The notes under the pieces are model-generated. The model ran no database searches and was not told the DNA's origin. It saw nothing but the letters and a program-made list of their open reading frames with translations. Positions 29,340 to 41,799 of a stretch of 64,000 bases of DNA are shown in pieces. Source of the DNA: Felis catus (lineage: Eukaryota); NCBI RefSeq assembly GCF_018350175.1, contig NC_058373.1, positions 115,694,001 to 115,758,000 on the forward strand, read 5' to 3'. Each line of letters opens with the position of its first letter. The stretch's first letter is position 1. A program made the translations under genes and the position numbers.

Positions 29340-31240
29340 AGCCTACATACTTCCTTAATGGTGACACCTTCCTTTTTACAATCAGGAACAAGACATTTCT
29401 ATATAACATTGCGCTGGAGGTTCTAGCCAGTTAAAGGCAAGAAAAAGAGTTAAAAATTACAAGAACTGGAAAGGAAGAATCAGGAGTGTTATTCAGAGAT
29501 GCGGGGAAAAATCAAAATAATTTACAGATAAATAACTGGAATGAGAGGTGACTGTATTTGGAATCAAAACCAAAACATACAACTCAAGTTCTTTTATATA
29601 TGCCATCAAAACCCAGCTTTTAAAAGATAAAGCCTAATTTAGAGAGAAGATTACATCTACAATAGTATATAAAAATGAGGTAGCTAGGAATAAATCTAAC
29701 CAAAAAGGTGTGTGCCCTTCCAGAGGAAAACTGTACTACCTTCTTGAAGGACACTGGAAAAGGCTTCACCCGGTAGGAAGATGTGCTATGTTTATGTGTA
29801 TGTGTGTGTGTATATATACATATATATGTATATATACACCCAATATTGCAAACAAGTCAGTTTTCAAATTGACTTATAGATTCAATTCAATCTAGTTTTG
29901 GTTTTTATTTTGTTTTCTTGGTTGGTGGCTCAATAAACTGTTTCTAAAATTTCTATGAAAAAACAAAGGGCCAAGAATAGTTAGGACATTCATGAAGAAA
30001 AAGAATAAAGTAGGAATCTTGTATTAAATATCAAGGCTTATAACTAAGCTATATTCATGAGCCCAAATGGTACCTGTACAGAAACAGACAAAAACAGACT
30101 GACAAATGGGAACAGAGAACTTAGAAACAGACCACATATATATGCAAACTTGATTTATGTCAGAAGTGATAAAAATGGATCAGTGGGTTAAGAGCCTTTT
30201 GATAAATGGTGCTGAAAAAATTGTTCATCCAAATAGTTAGATATGGAGCCTGGCTGGCGCAGTCTGTATAGCATGCAATTTTTTTTAATGTTTATTTATT
30301 TTTGAGAGAGAGACAGAGACAGAGAGCAAGCAGGGGAGGGGCAGAGAGAGAGGGAGACACAGAATCCGAAGCAGGCTCCAGGCTCTGAGCTATCAGCACA
30401 TAGCCTGACGCGGGGCTTGAACCCACGAACCGTGAGATCATGACCTGAGCTGAAGTCGGATGCTTAACTGGCTGAGCCACCCAGGCGCCCCTGTATAGCA
30501 TTCGACTCTTAATCTTGAGGCTGTGAGTTCAAGCTCGACATTGGGTATAGAGATTACTTAAAAATAAAATATATTTTTAAAAAAACCAAATAGATATGAA
30601 ATTGGAAATCAATTTGTCTTCATCAGCCACAGCTAAAACTGTGGATATTGTATGATGCAGAAATTCCACTCCTAGGTACACCTGCTGAAAAGATTTGCAC
30701 ATTTTCACCAGAGTTTATGTAGAAGAATGTTCACAGCATTTTATACATAAGGAAAAGATAAGGGGGAAAATCCAAATGTCCACTAAGAAGAGAATCCACA
30801 AGTCACTTGTAATATATTCACACTATAGACATACACTAGAGAAAATTAATGCATGCAGCTCTATGAATCAAAACTTCTAAACATTAACCGGAAAAAGTGC
30901 CCAAATAGTTTATACAACATGATTTCATCTATATTGAGTTAATAAACACATAAAACAATATATAATTTAGGAAAACTTACATCTGTGCTTAAAATATAAA
31001 AATAAGGGGAGTGATAAATCATCAAATATCTCAAATGCCGTGATGACTGGAGGTAGGGGACTGGTTTATGCAGGGTAAGTCATGAAATCAGGTAAAGCAC
31101 TTCAAATACAGTGGTGATATTCTGTTTCTTGGTTGGGTGGTAGGTCTAGAACTTTTTTAAATTGTTGCTTCTATACTTTAAACATATTAACATTCCTTCA
31201 CATGCATTAAATTCAATATTTAATAAAATTGTTGCATACA
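29340..31240 (+). mobile_element. Old L1 ORF2/3' fragment with nested SINECs at about 30246-30585
   Basis: A-rich degenerate L1 text; a minus-strand SINEC_Fc sits inside a plus-strand SINEC with TSD ctgtatagcat. Confidence 0.7.
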
Positions 31241-31242
31241 CA

Positions 31243-31608
31243 TTATAGGGTCAGGATGGACCCCAATTCAAATCTGATTGAAACATGGACACAGACACCA
31301 AGAAGGTATGAAAAGGTTTATTAATCATATAATAAGGCTTTCTGGGGAGAACAGGGTGGTTCCCAAGCAGGCCCAAAAATGGCTTGAGAGAGCAGGAAAA
31401 GATCGGTGTAAGGCTTTTATGGTGACTAGGAAAGGTGACTAGAACAAGGGTTCCCAGGCCTGCTGTGACGTTCCACAGGCACAAAGGAAAGATCACTTTG
31501 GCTTTCTTATCAGTTTGTCCATGTGTGGGACAGGTGGTGAAGAAGGAGAGGGGAGGTTCAAAAGATGTCAGTTAAACATTAGAAAATGGAGTTACACTCT
31601 TTATAACA
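31243..31608 (-). mobile_element. Old ERVL-class LTR
   Basis: Homologous to 10480-10880. Confidence 0.6.
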
Positions 31609-34600
31609 AAAATATTTTAAACAAAACTGTAACCAAAGGAAACAAAAGGGATATTTGCAACTGTAACAAAGGAAACAAAAGGGATATTTGCCATTTTGGA
31701 AGTAATAGATCTGTGTTGGAAGGAATATTACCTCTCCCAGAAACCACTTCTCCCATTCTTCTCCCAGGAATATCCCACTAGAGGAATAACTATGGTCAAA
31801 CAAACTTTGTAGAAAATTTAAATCCTTTACTATTCCACAGAAGAAACTCAGTAGCAAGAGGAATTATTATAATAACATAAACTTAGATATCAAGTCTTGT
31901 GGAGTGAAAAGAATGAGAATTGCTCATGATGTTTAAAAGTTCTTGAGATTATGCAGTATTATAAGTATCAGCTGGGCCTCTCTGGTACCTGAGCTGAGCC
32001 CAAAAGGAATCATTTGCTTTACCACCATGGTAGTGAAGAAATTCTGCAACTCTTAACCCACTAATTGCAAACGAGTACCAAGCCTGAAGCCTTCTCCCCA
32101 AGTAAAGTATTTCCTTCCTACTGAAAAGACATAGACAATGAATCATAAGTACGTCAATTTTTGAGACACCTACTGGGTACAGCTGCAGACATAAAGATGA
32201 AAAAGAAGTAATCTATGCTCTTTAGGGGCTCACAGTTTCTTGTATTACTTTTGTACCCTAAGGTGTGAAAATGTAGACTTACAGAAAACCTACGGCCAGA
32301 CTGATGGCTCAAATGATAAAATAATTCATCAGATTGTTTTCAACGTACTTCAATACTAAGGAATACACGAGAACCATTACAAACTGTATCTACTGCATGA
32401 TGAATGCTCGCAGAAGGAAATATACATGCATAAGAAAATTCTTAATCAACAGGTTGGGAGTGAATGATAAGACCCTGAGAACACAGGTCAGTGGAGCTAA
32501 AGGTGAAGGAACAGATAGCTAAATTTCTCTGCATTTATAACCATGAAAAATGTGGGATGGGCAGAGAACAAGAGGAGAGTAAATTTAAACAGGAAATGTT
32601 TGAGAAGCTTTCAGGAACAGAACTGTATACCCTGAAATTGTAAGCTGTGGGCACAAATGAAATGCAACTCCCTCCATTTCCCCCATCTTTAGTACAGCAT
32701 TCTACACACCCACACACACCCATAAAACTTTTGAGTAGGGCTCTGTTGGGCAGAAAGAAAGAAGGGCCAAACATCTGGTTTCATCTACAGTATCAGGTGA
32801 GCACAATTATAATATTGTAAAAATACTTATGGGCCAAGTGGTATCCTAAGCTCTCTACATACACTAATATATTTAAGAGTTCTATAGTAACTTATTTAAT
32901 AATGCTCAAGGCAAACCTATAGGGTAAGCAGTAATATTTTTACCATTTCCTAAGTGAGACATCAAAAGCACAGAGAAGTTAAGTAATTTGCCCAAGGTTG
33001 TAGCAGCAGCTAAGAGACAAAACTGGCTCTGGGTGGCAGCAATATGGAGAGCACGTATCCAAATCCTAACCAGAGTTGGAGCATAACAAGCCAGCTCCCC
33101 CGCAACAGGAATGTTGGGAGAGCTGGCCGACTGAGGACCACAGATGTGCAGAGGAAGGTGAGAGGAGACAGACTCAAGATGACCACCGGACAGAAGTGCA
33201 GAGCAAAGGCCCCATGAGCCCAGCAGTCTACACTGATGTCCCCCAGAACAGAGGGCCAGTTCTGACAATGTGTACCATGGCCCGGTCTTTTTGGGAACAC
33301 CTGAGGGGCATGACTGAGGAAAGCCTAAGGTCCTACCATTTACCAGATGGGGCTGCTGAAGACCAAGAAGCAAACCGAACAAACTTCTCAGACGATCTCT
33401 ACCCAGGACCCTTAACCACGGTGTCCTCCAGTACATTGTATGCTCCCGGTGCATAAATGTATAAATATATGTGTGTACATTTAATATCATTTCTTTCCAC
33501 GTAAGACATATGCCTTAACTCCTTTCTTGGGTGTTACTTTCCTTTTAGATTCCTTTCATGTCCACACTTTTGTCTCCAAGCAAGTGACTTGGGTATTTTG
33601 CTGAAAATCTTTCAGCAAAGATCACCATTTTTCTAAGACAGCTTTCATTCCTGTTTGTTAACTTCTATCCTGGTGGCCACCACCCAGGTTCATATCCTTA
33701 TCCCCTTATTCCTGGACCATCTGCTCACTGGTCTCTCAACTTCACCTTCTCCAAGTTATTACTGCCCCTTTTGCCCTACACGTTTAGTGAATTTTCTGAT
33801 TCTGAAATCTTCAAGGGTTTCCACTGCCAATGTGAAAAAGGTTTATGACCTTAACCAACTTAGTCTTCTCTCTCTAATTACCACTCCATTCTCTACCTCC
33901 CTTAACTGCAAAATACTTCTCAGAAGTTTTCCACATTGGCTGTTTCACTTCCTTACTTCCCATTCTCTCTTCAATCCACTCTAACTCACCCTTATCTCTA
34001 TTCCTCCTCGGAAATGACTTTCGTAAACCCTGACAACCTTCACATGGCCAAACTCAATAATCAGTTCTCTATTCTCTTCTCACATAAAGTCCCAAGCATC
34101 TGGCACAGGTGGATACTGTCTTCTTGAAAAATTTTCTTCCCTTGCGTTCTATGTATGATGCCATTTCGGGATAAAACCTGTATGGGTTTTGGTTTTACTC
34201 TGATTTTTTTACCAAGCCTCCTTTGAAGCATATACTCATTTGTCTTCTATCCTCTTCATACTTCCACCTTCTTAAGAATATTGATCTTGCCTTATATTTC
34301 AACATAATCAGCTGCTTACTAATACAAACATGCAAATACCAAGACCTCAGAAAGTTTCCTCTAACACAACAGACTGGTGGCTCTGTGGCTTAGTCAGACC
34401 TGTTATCTTTCCTGAGTATCTGCTCAGTTGTCCTGAAAGTAACACTACCCCTTTTCAAGGTTAAATTCCCAGAACTGATCACTTCCTCCTCTGTGCTGCC
34501 TATGTCATGCCCTTAGGACTCTCAAAGCCCCCAAACCCTCCGTTTCACTCACTGGCCTATAGATCTGCCTTTATCCACAGATTAGAATTTGAGAGTTCCT

Positions 34601-34620
34601 TGAAGGCATACAATGTGTCT

Positions 34621-34622
<2 letters not shown>

Positions 34623-34667
<45 letters not shown>

Positions 34668-34672
34668 TGTGT
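34623..34672. repeat. (TG)n microsatellite
   Basis: Direct reading. Confidence 0.95.
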
Positions 34673-37498
34673 TTCTGATAATTTGCTCAGTGCCCACAAC
34701 TCAACAGCCATCCAAATAATTGATGGAAAACACTTGGATGAAATGAACCAGGCCAGGAGGAGCAATAAGAGAAGTTGATGGTTGCTACAGAAGCCTGAGA
34801 AACAGGAGAGCTGGCTGGTCACCCTGCCCTGGCTTGCCTACAGTGAACATAAGCTTGTTCATGAGCTTTGAGTATCTGGCTGTTACAAGCACCTCTGGGG
34901 TGGGGAAATGTGCTCCTCAGAGGCTTCACACACTGTTCCCATCCACATCCTCTCCTCATTTGGCTGAAGAAAAAGCGCTGAGGCAAAAAGGCTTGAGTTG
35001 AGTCTCAGATTCACCATCAACTAGGAGGACATTTCAGAGCCACAAAAGCCCATCTGTCAGATGTAAATGACTGTCTGGATTCAAAAGGCCATTGTAAAGC
35101 TCAAATGAAGACTCAGCTCACTGTGCACTCTTACTCACAGTTTATTTCCAGATCTTAGCAGAGTGCCTAGGATACAAATGGTGCTCAGTAATATTTGTTA
35201 AACCAACAAAATGAGATCAACCTGTTCTGTCTTCTATTTCCCCCATACTGGTGACCAGCACAACTCAGAAATCTTGGAACCTCACTCACTGAAGTTTCAT
35301 GCTCTTTGTCAATGCCACTTCTAACCTGTCATCCTATCTGGTTAGTTTCATGTTCTACTCCAGCTCTATATGCCTCAGTTAGCATCCTCACCCTTCTTCA
35401 TGTGTTTTTCATTCTACTGATAATAGAGTTTTTGGCTGATGCTAGTTTTTTACTGCTATGAAGTATGCGGCGATGAACAATCTCATTCACGTATCTTGAT
35501 GCACAGGCACACGTTTCTGTTTCCAAATTGATTGTGCCAATTTATACCCCATCAGCAGTGTGTGAGATTTTTAGTTATTCCACATCCTTGCCAATTCCTA
35601 CCATTTTCCTCTTTTAAAAAAATATTTTAGCGGTTCTGCTACATGTGTAGTGGTATCTCATTGTGGTTTTAATTTGCATTTCTTTCTCTGATTAATGAGG
35701 CTGAGCCCTTTTCACATTTGTATTGGCAACTTGGATATCCTCCTTTGTGAAAGCTTTGTCCTTCTACTTTTGATTCATAATTCATAAGTCCATTTTATAT
35801 TATGGACACAGCCCTTTATTGACTTTATGTGTAGCAAATATCTTCTCCCAGTTTAAAGCTTGTCTTTTCTCTTTCTTAAAGTTATCTTTTGATGAACCTA
35901 AGTTCTTCATTTTGGTATTACCCAATTTATCAATATTTTCTTTTATAGTAAACTGCTTTATATATATATATATATCCTATTTAATAATTATATTATTTAT
36001 AATTATTTATACATATATCCTATTTAATAATTATTTTTCTAGGGGCACCTAGGTGTTTCAGCCAGTTAAGCATCAGACTCTTGATTTCAGCTCAGGTCTC
36101 AATCTCACGGTTTGTGAGTTCAAGCCCCATGTAGGGCTCTGTGCTGACAGTGCAAAGCTTGCTTGGGATTCTCTCTCTCTCTCTGCCTCTCCCCACCTCA
36201 CATATGCGCTCACTCTCTCTCAAAAATAAATACACTTAAAACATTATTTTTCTGCTCTTAACTAATATATTATCTAATATTACCTAAAATTTCAATAATC
36301 CCTTACATGGAGATGTATAGCTAATGAAATACTAATTTTATGTGGTAATAGGATAGGAATCATTTTTTTTTTTTTTTGCCACGTGCACATTTCTTTGTCC
36401 TAGCACTATATACCTAGAAGTTCTTCCTTTACTTTGTGCTCTATGTTTTTAATTGTTTTCATAAATCAGGTATTGATATGTATGGGTCTTCTCCCTGTAA
36501 TCTGCATTATTTTTTGGCCTTGGCTATTTGTCTATCCTTGCACATATACCTTAATTACCGTCTTGGGCAAATCTCAGCCCTTTGAATTCCCATCATAAAC
36601 TTTAGAATCATCTTCTCAAATTTCACAAAATAGTTGCTGGGAATGTCACCAGTGTACACTGAATTTATAGATCATGCTGGATTGAGATATCTGTATGATT
36701 TCGAATCCTATAATCCATGAAATGGTAGGTACATCATACATTTATTTTAGGTCACTTTTTAGCCTCAATAATATTTTCTATTTTAGTTCTTGAATGCCTT
36801 TTATTTGATGCAAAATACTGGGTATTTTTATGCTAATATATATGGTATTGTTTCTAAAACTAACTTTCATTTTTTTTTACCCTGGTATATAGAAATACAA
36901 TTGATTTTTGTCTTTTGATCTTGAAATGCAAACCTGTTAAACTCATTAATTCTAAAAACTCATTTGTGGAGCTTTTTGGATTTTTCACACAATCACATTC
37001 AAATAATGACATTTAAAATTTTCTTTCCGATCTTTTAACAATTATTTTCATTTTCTTGCTTTACTGGATTGGCTAGGACTTCCAGTACCTTGTTGAATAT
37101 AAGTGGTAGGGATAGTGTGGGAATCCCTGATCTAATCTCAAAGGGAATGACTGCAACATTTCGCCATTAAGCCTGACATTTGTTGTAGGTTTTCTTATAA
37201 TCTGGCATCAGAAGAAAAGTTTTCCCCTCCATTTTTAGTACTATTGGTAGCCAGACAACCTAAAGATATTCCCTCACTGTTTTTATAGTTATTTTCCTTA
37301 TCACTGGTTTTCAGCAAATTGTTTGTGATATGCACTTATGACTATTACTGCTATTACTATTCTGTATGTAGTTTGTAACAATTCTTGAATTTGCCGCTTG
37401 ATGTCTTTCACGAGATGTGGCAAATTCTTAGCCATTAGTTTTTTCAAACGTAGCTTCTGCCCCATTCATTCTGGACTTGCTTTCCAGAACTTCGGTTA

Positions 37499-37799
37499 TG
37501 AATAGGGAAAGGGTTAACATTAGGCGAGGAGAGATAAGGGAGCCTCGGGGAGGCAGACTGCAGGTGCAAGTGGGAGGCTGAAGAAGCGGCATATTCCAGA
37601 CCTGCCTGGGCTAGGCGCCGTGAGTGGAGCCTCACAAACTCTCTGATAAGGTCAGGGACAAAAATCCTTGACGGCTACCCAGTCAGGACCTCTCTCACTC
37701 TCGAGAGCTTTATACTTTCCCTCGATAAACTCTATCGCTTTGTTCACTCTCTGTTGTCCGCGAGACTCATTCTTCCACTCCTTCCGCTCGCCTTTAACA
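37499..37799 (+). mobile_element. Young solo LTR (ERV1/gamma-like)
   Basis: TG...CA ends (tgaa...taaca), perfect 4-bp TSD GTTA (37495-37498 and 37800-37803), many CpGs retained. Confidence 0.85.
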
Positions 37800-38396
37800 G
37801 TTATATGTAGATTAGACATTCTCGTGGCGTCCTCTTTGTATTTTACCTTCTCACCACTATTTTTCACCATTTAGGGTCTCCATGTTTTATTCAGGATATT
37901 TTTTTCAGAACTTTCTTTCAGTTCGGTAACTCTCTGTTCAGTTGTGCTTTGTTTCTCATTATTTTACCCACTAAGTTTTAAGTGTTTGTTATTATTTTTT
38001 CATATCACGGTATCTCTTGGCTCTTTTTCAAATCTACTATGTCTTTGATAGTTCCAGTTCTCTGCCAAAATTAAACATCTTGACTTTTATCATCTCACAT
38101 CTATTCACACAGCTTTCTAAGTCTCTGGCTCGTAACTCCAACAGCTACAGTCCTCGTGAACCTAACACTTGTTGTTTCTGCTCGTTCTTGTTTCTGTTAC
38201 ATGTTACCTTGTCTCTTTGTGTGCCTAGTTATTTCTTTTCAAATTTTATCTAACATTACATTTCCAAAATTAGAATTAATCTGTGACCTAACAGTGTTAA
38301 CATTCTCCAGAAAGAATTTCACTTTTTCTTTTCCCGCCAGTGGCTAGAGGCAACAGTAATCCAAAATACCTTGATCCAAATTCAGGGACTGAGACA

Positions 38397-38397
<1 letters not shown>

Positions 38398-38439
<42 letters not shown>
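38398..38439. repeat. (TG)n microsatellite
   Basis: Direct reading. Confidence 0.95.
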
Positions 38440-38441
<2 letters not shown>

Positions 38442-40269
38442 TTTATTTATTTTTGAAAGAGAAAGTGTGAGCGAGGGGCAGAGAAAGAAGGAGACAGAGA
38501 ATCCCAAGCAGGCTCTGTGCTGTCAGCGTAGAGTCGGATGCTTAGCTGACTGAGCCACCTAGGCACCCTGAGATAATGTTTTTTAAATTTTTTATTTAAT
38601 TTTTTTAACGTATATTTATTATTTATGAGAGAGAGAGAGTCAGAGTATGAGCGGGAGAGGGGCAGAGAGAGACAGAAAGAGAGAGACACACACACAGAAT
38701 CTGAAGCAGGCTCCAGGCTCTGAACTGTCCATACAGAACCCAACCCAGGGCTCGAACCCACCAACTGTGAGATCATGACCTGAGCCAAAGTCGGACGCTT
38801 AACCGACTGAGCCACTCAGGCACCCCTGTGGGGCTTTTATAAGGGCACTGATCCCATTCATGAGGGCTCCACCCTCATGACCTAACCACTTCCCAAAGGC
38901 TCCACCTCCAAAGACCATGATCACGTGGGGATTACGTTTCAACATGAATTTGGGGGGGGAGATACGAACATTCAGGCTATGGCAGAAATACTCCCAGGGG
39001 AAAAACAACACCAAATTCCATACTCAGCTCTCTGGATTCCTTTCCTCTCTCCATTCACAGCCTGATAATCCTTTATCTTATTATATCTTGTATGCCTCAT
39101 GTAGATTTTCTATTGTAAAATCGACCTAGATTTTCTGGTTTTCTCAGAGTTTGATCTGAATTACCTGGTCTATCACTATTGACTGTGGAAGCCCTGTAGT
39201 CATTTCTTTAGTTGTCGGTTTTCCCCCACTCCACTGTAAATTCCTTGGTCATTTCTGCAGGACCAGATCCTGTCAGCTAGCAGATGCTTTATAAACGTTT
39301 ATATCAGTCTAGGTTACTGCTTTCAAGTGTGAAACAGATTCTTAGTGATCTAAGCTGCTCGCACAATCTGGGAAGGTCAGAGAGCCAACCACAGTCACTC
39401 TAAGGCCAGAACAAGCCTGGCTCCACAGATGGTCCAGGGCAGATATGGGCGTTGCTGCTGACAGGCCCAGGCACTGCAGACTGTATCACAGATCTCACTC
39501 ACCAACACTGGATTCTGGGCACTGGTATTACAGTATTGCTGCTGCTAAACAGGAAGACCCTCAGGGAAATGGATGGAAATAGAGAGTGGGGAAAGCTGAG
39601 GAAGGGAGGGCAAGACAAGGGCCTGACGTTTTGGAGAAACCTGGCTCTGTCAAGGAATTGACAAGGAATTCGATCTCTTTTCAAACACTGAGCTAGAAAT
39701 CCTGTAGAACTGGAAAGTAGAGGTTTACTGATGCCAAAGTGAATTATACCATTTCCAAAGACTGAGCAGATGATACAAATGAATAAAAGGACCCAGAAAG
39801 ATAGATTCCACTGTGACCACCCCAGCCCTCCTCTTCCTTGCCCTGTAATGCCCTGCTTGAGAAGACCATGATCTGTTTCACATATTCTTCTTTTCCAAAG
39901 ACCCCATACCCCTTACCATGGTCTGAGCGATTTAAATTCCACTGCTTTTCAAAAGGATTTCTTCAAAAAATAAAAATAAAAATAAATAATAACAGAAGGA
40001 TTTCTTCAGAAACTGCTATGTGAGCCAAGGGTCCCAACAACCTCTAGGTCAGTGCCTTTCAAGTAGATTAGACTTGTTAATAAAAATTATTATATTTCTC
40101 ACCTGCTTCGATACAGCTTTAATAATAAGAGTGTTTCTTCAGAAGCACAGGACTCTGCAGGGACTATCCTCTGGTTTTCAGCCATCCTGCCCACAGGGCA
40201 TTCATTCCAAAAAGGAAGGAGTAACTCTCAAGAGGCCTAGGATGGTCGGACTTCGCCATAAAGAACTCC

Positions 40270-40437
40270 TTTTTGTTGCTGTTGCTGAGAGACAAAGAGA
40301 GAGAGAGAGAATATGAATCTCATGGAGTTGGAGGCTCCATGCTTAGGGAGGCCCGACATGGGGCTTGACCCTGAGATCATGGCCTGAGCCCAAATCAAGA
40401 GTAAGACACTCAACCGACTGAGCCACGCAGGCACCCC
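40270..40437 (-). mobile_element. SINEC
   Basis: Reverse-complement head ending ...gccacgcaggcacccc. Confidence 0.85.
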
Positions 40438-41159
40438 AAGGACTTTTTTTTTTTTTTAATACACTTCGCTATTTGCCAAAAGATCTGTGAGCAATAAGAT
40501 ATGAGGGAAATACCCGTTATCCCAAAGCCAGGAGACCACTTCATCTCATTGCTTAACTGAGTTTTAGGAGGTTCCTAGGCAGTCTGGTATCTTCTTTTCC
40601 CGTTTAAAGTCCTTCTATAATTGTCTGCTATATTATGTCCGGGGATTTTAGTTGTTCAGAGGGAGTACCAGGGGACACTCACGCTCCGTCTTGGTCAGAA
40701 CTAGAAGCCCTCTCCCCATATATTTTTAAAGTGATATCATCCTAACACATAGATATAAATAAACAAAGGCCAAAGCTTTCTTTTAGATAAATAAACTACC
40801 TCCTTTTTTCGTTTCTTCAAAATTACAAATAACAGTGTAAAGAACATCTGATAAATATTTACTTTGCAGAGGCGGAAATGTGAGGTCAAAAGGCATACCC
40901 ATTTTAAATTTTGATAAATGTATCAAATTCATCTCAAATTTATTAATACCAACAGTGAATGCGCATATTTGTAGACATCTTCACTAATCATTTCACTAAT
41001 TATACATTATCAAATGTTTTAATCTTTGACAATCCAACACATAGAAAATACTATTTAAATTCTCACTGACTCATATTTCATTAAGTTTGAAAAGAATTTA
41101 AGTGTCCAGTGGTACCTTGTGGATAAGTTTTATCTCATTATTAAACAATTTAAAAAGGT

Positions 41160-41373
41160 TTTTTTAAATGTTTATTTATTTTTGAGAGAGAGGGAGAGAG
41201 CGCGAGCAGGGGAGGGGCAGAGAGAGAGAGAGGGGGAGACACAGAATCGGAAGTAGGCTCCAGGCTCTGAGCTGTCAGCACAGAGCCCAACATGGGACTC
41301 GAACCCATTAACTGCTCGTTCATGACCTGAGCGGAAGTCAGACCCTCAACCGACTGAGCCACCCAGGTGCTCC
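41160..41373 (-). mobile_element. SINEC_Fc
   Basis: Reverse-complement head, AG tract, T-rich tail. Confidence 0.9.
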
Positions 41374-41799
41374 TTAACCATTTTAAGGAGATGATGTATA
41401 TGATGATGTATATGTAAAAGCTTATCATTTGCTTTTCAAACATATTTAAGATGTCTCATTTTTTTAATGGAAGATTGTGATGATAATGTTGATCCTTATT
41501 TGTGAGATATTTCTACCTTTTTTCCTGTCACACTTAGATAGGACTTCCCCCAAACAATAAAAATATTCTTGTGGTAAGAAGGATGCTCCCCCACCACTCC
41601 CAAAGATATCCACATTCTAATCACTGGAAATTGTGCATATCTTTTCCTACACAGCAAAAAGGAATTAAGGTTGCAGATAGAACTAATGCAGCTAACAGGT
41701 TGGCTACAGATGAGAAAATACGAGATTTAGAAAGTAGCAGGTCACTGATGATCTCAGCGAGGGAAACTGAGGAACAGAGAAGAAGCTGAAGCACCAAAA

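Larger units (their letters stand above)
35440..39190 (-). mobile_element. Old L1 fragments with inserted SINECs (about 36042-36240, 38440-38826), a solo LTR and an MLT1 fragment (about 38828-38985)
   Basis: Degenerate antisense L1 text (gtggtatctcattgtggttttaatttgcatttct etc.). Confidence 0.7.

Noticed and set aside
32906..33490. Longest ORF in the track (194 aa) and overlapping ORFs
   Set aside because: No recognisable homology or splice context; probably a GC-richer old LTR-like segment.
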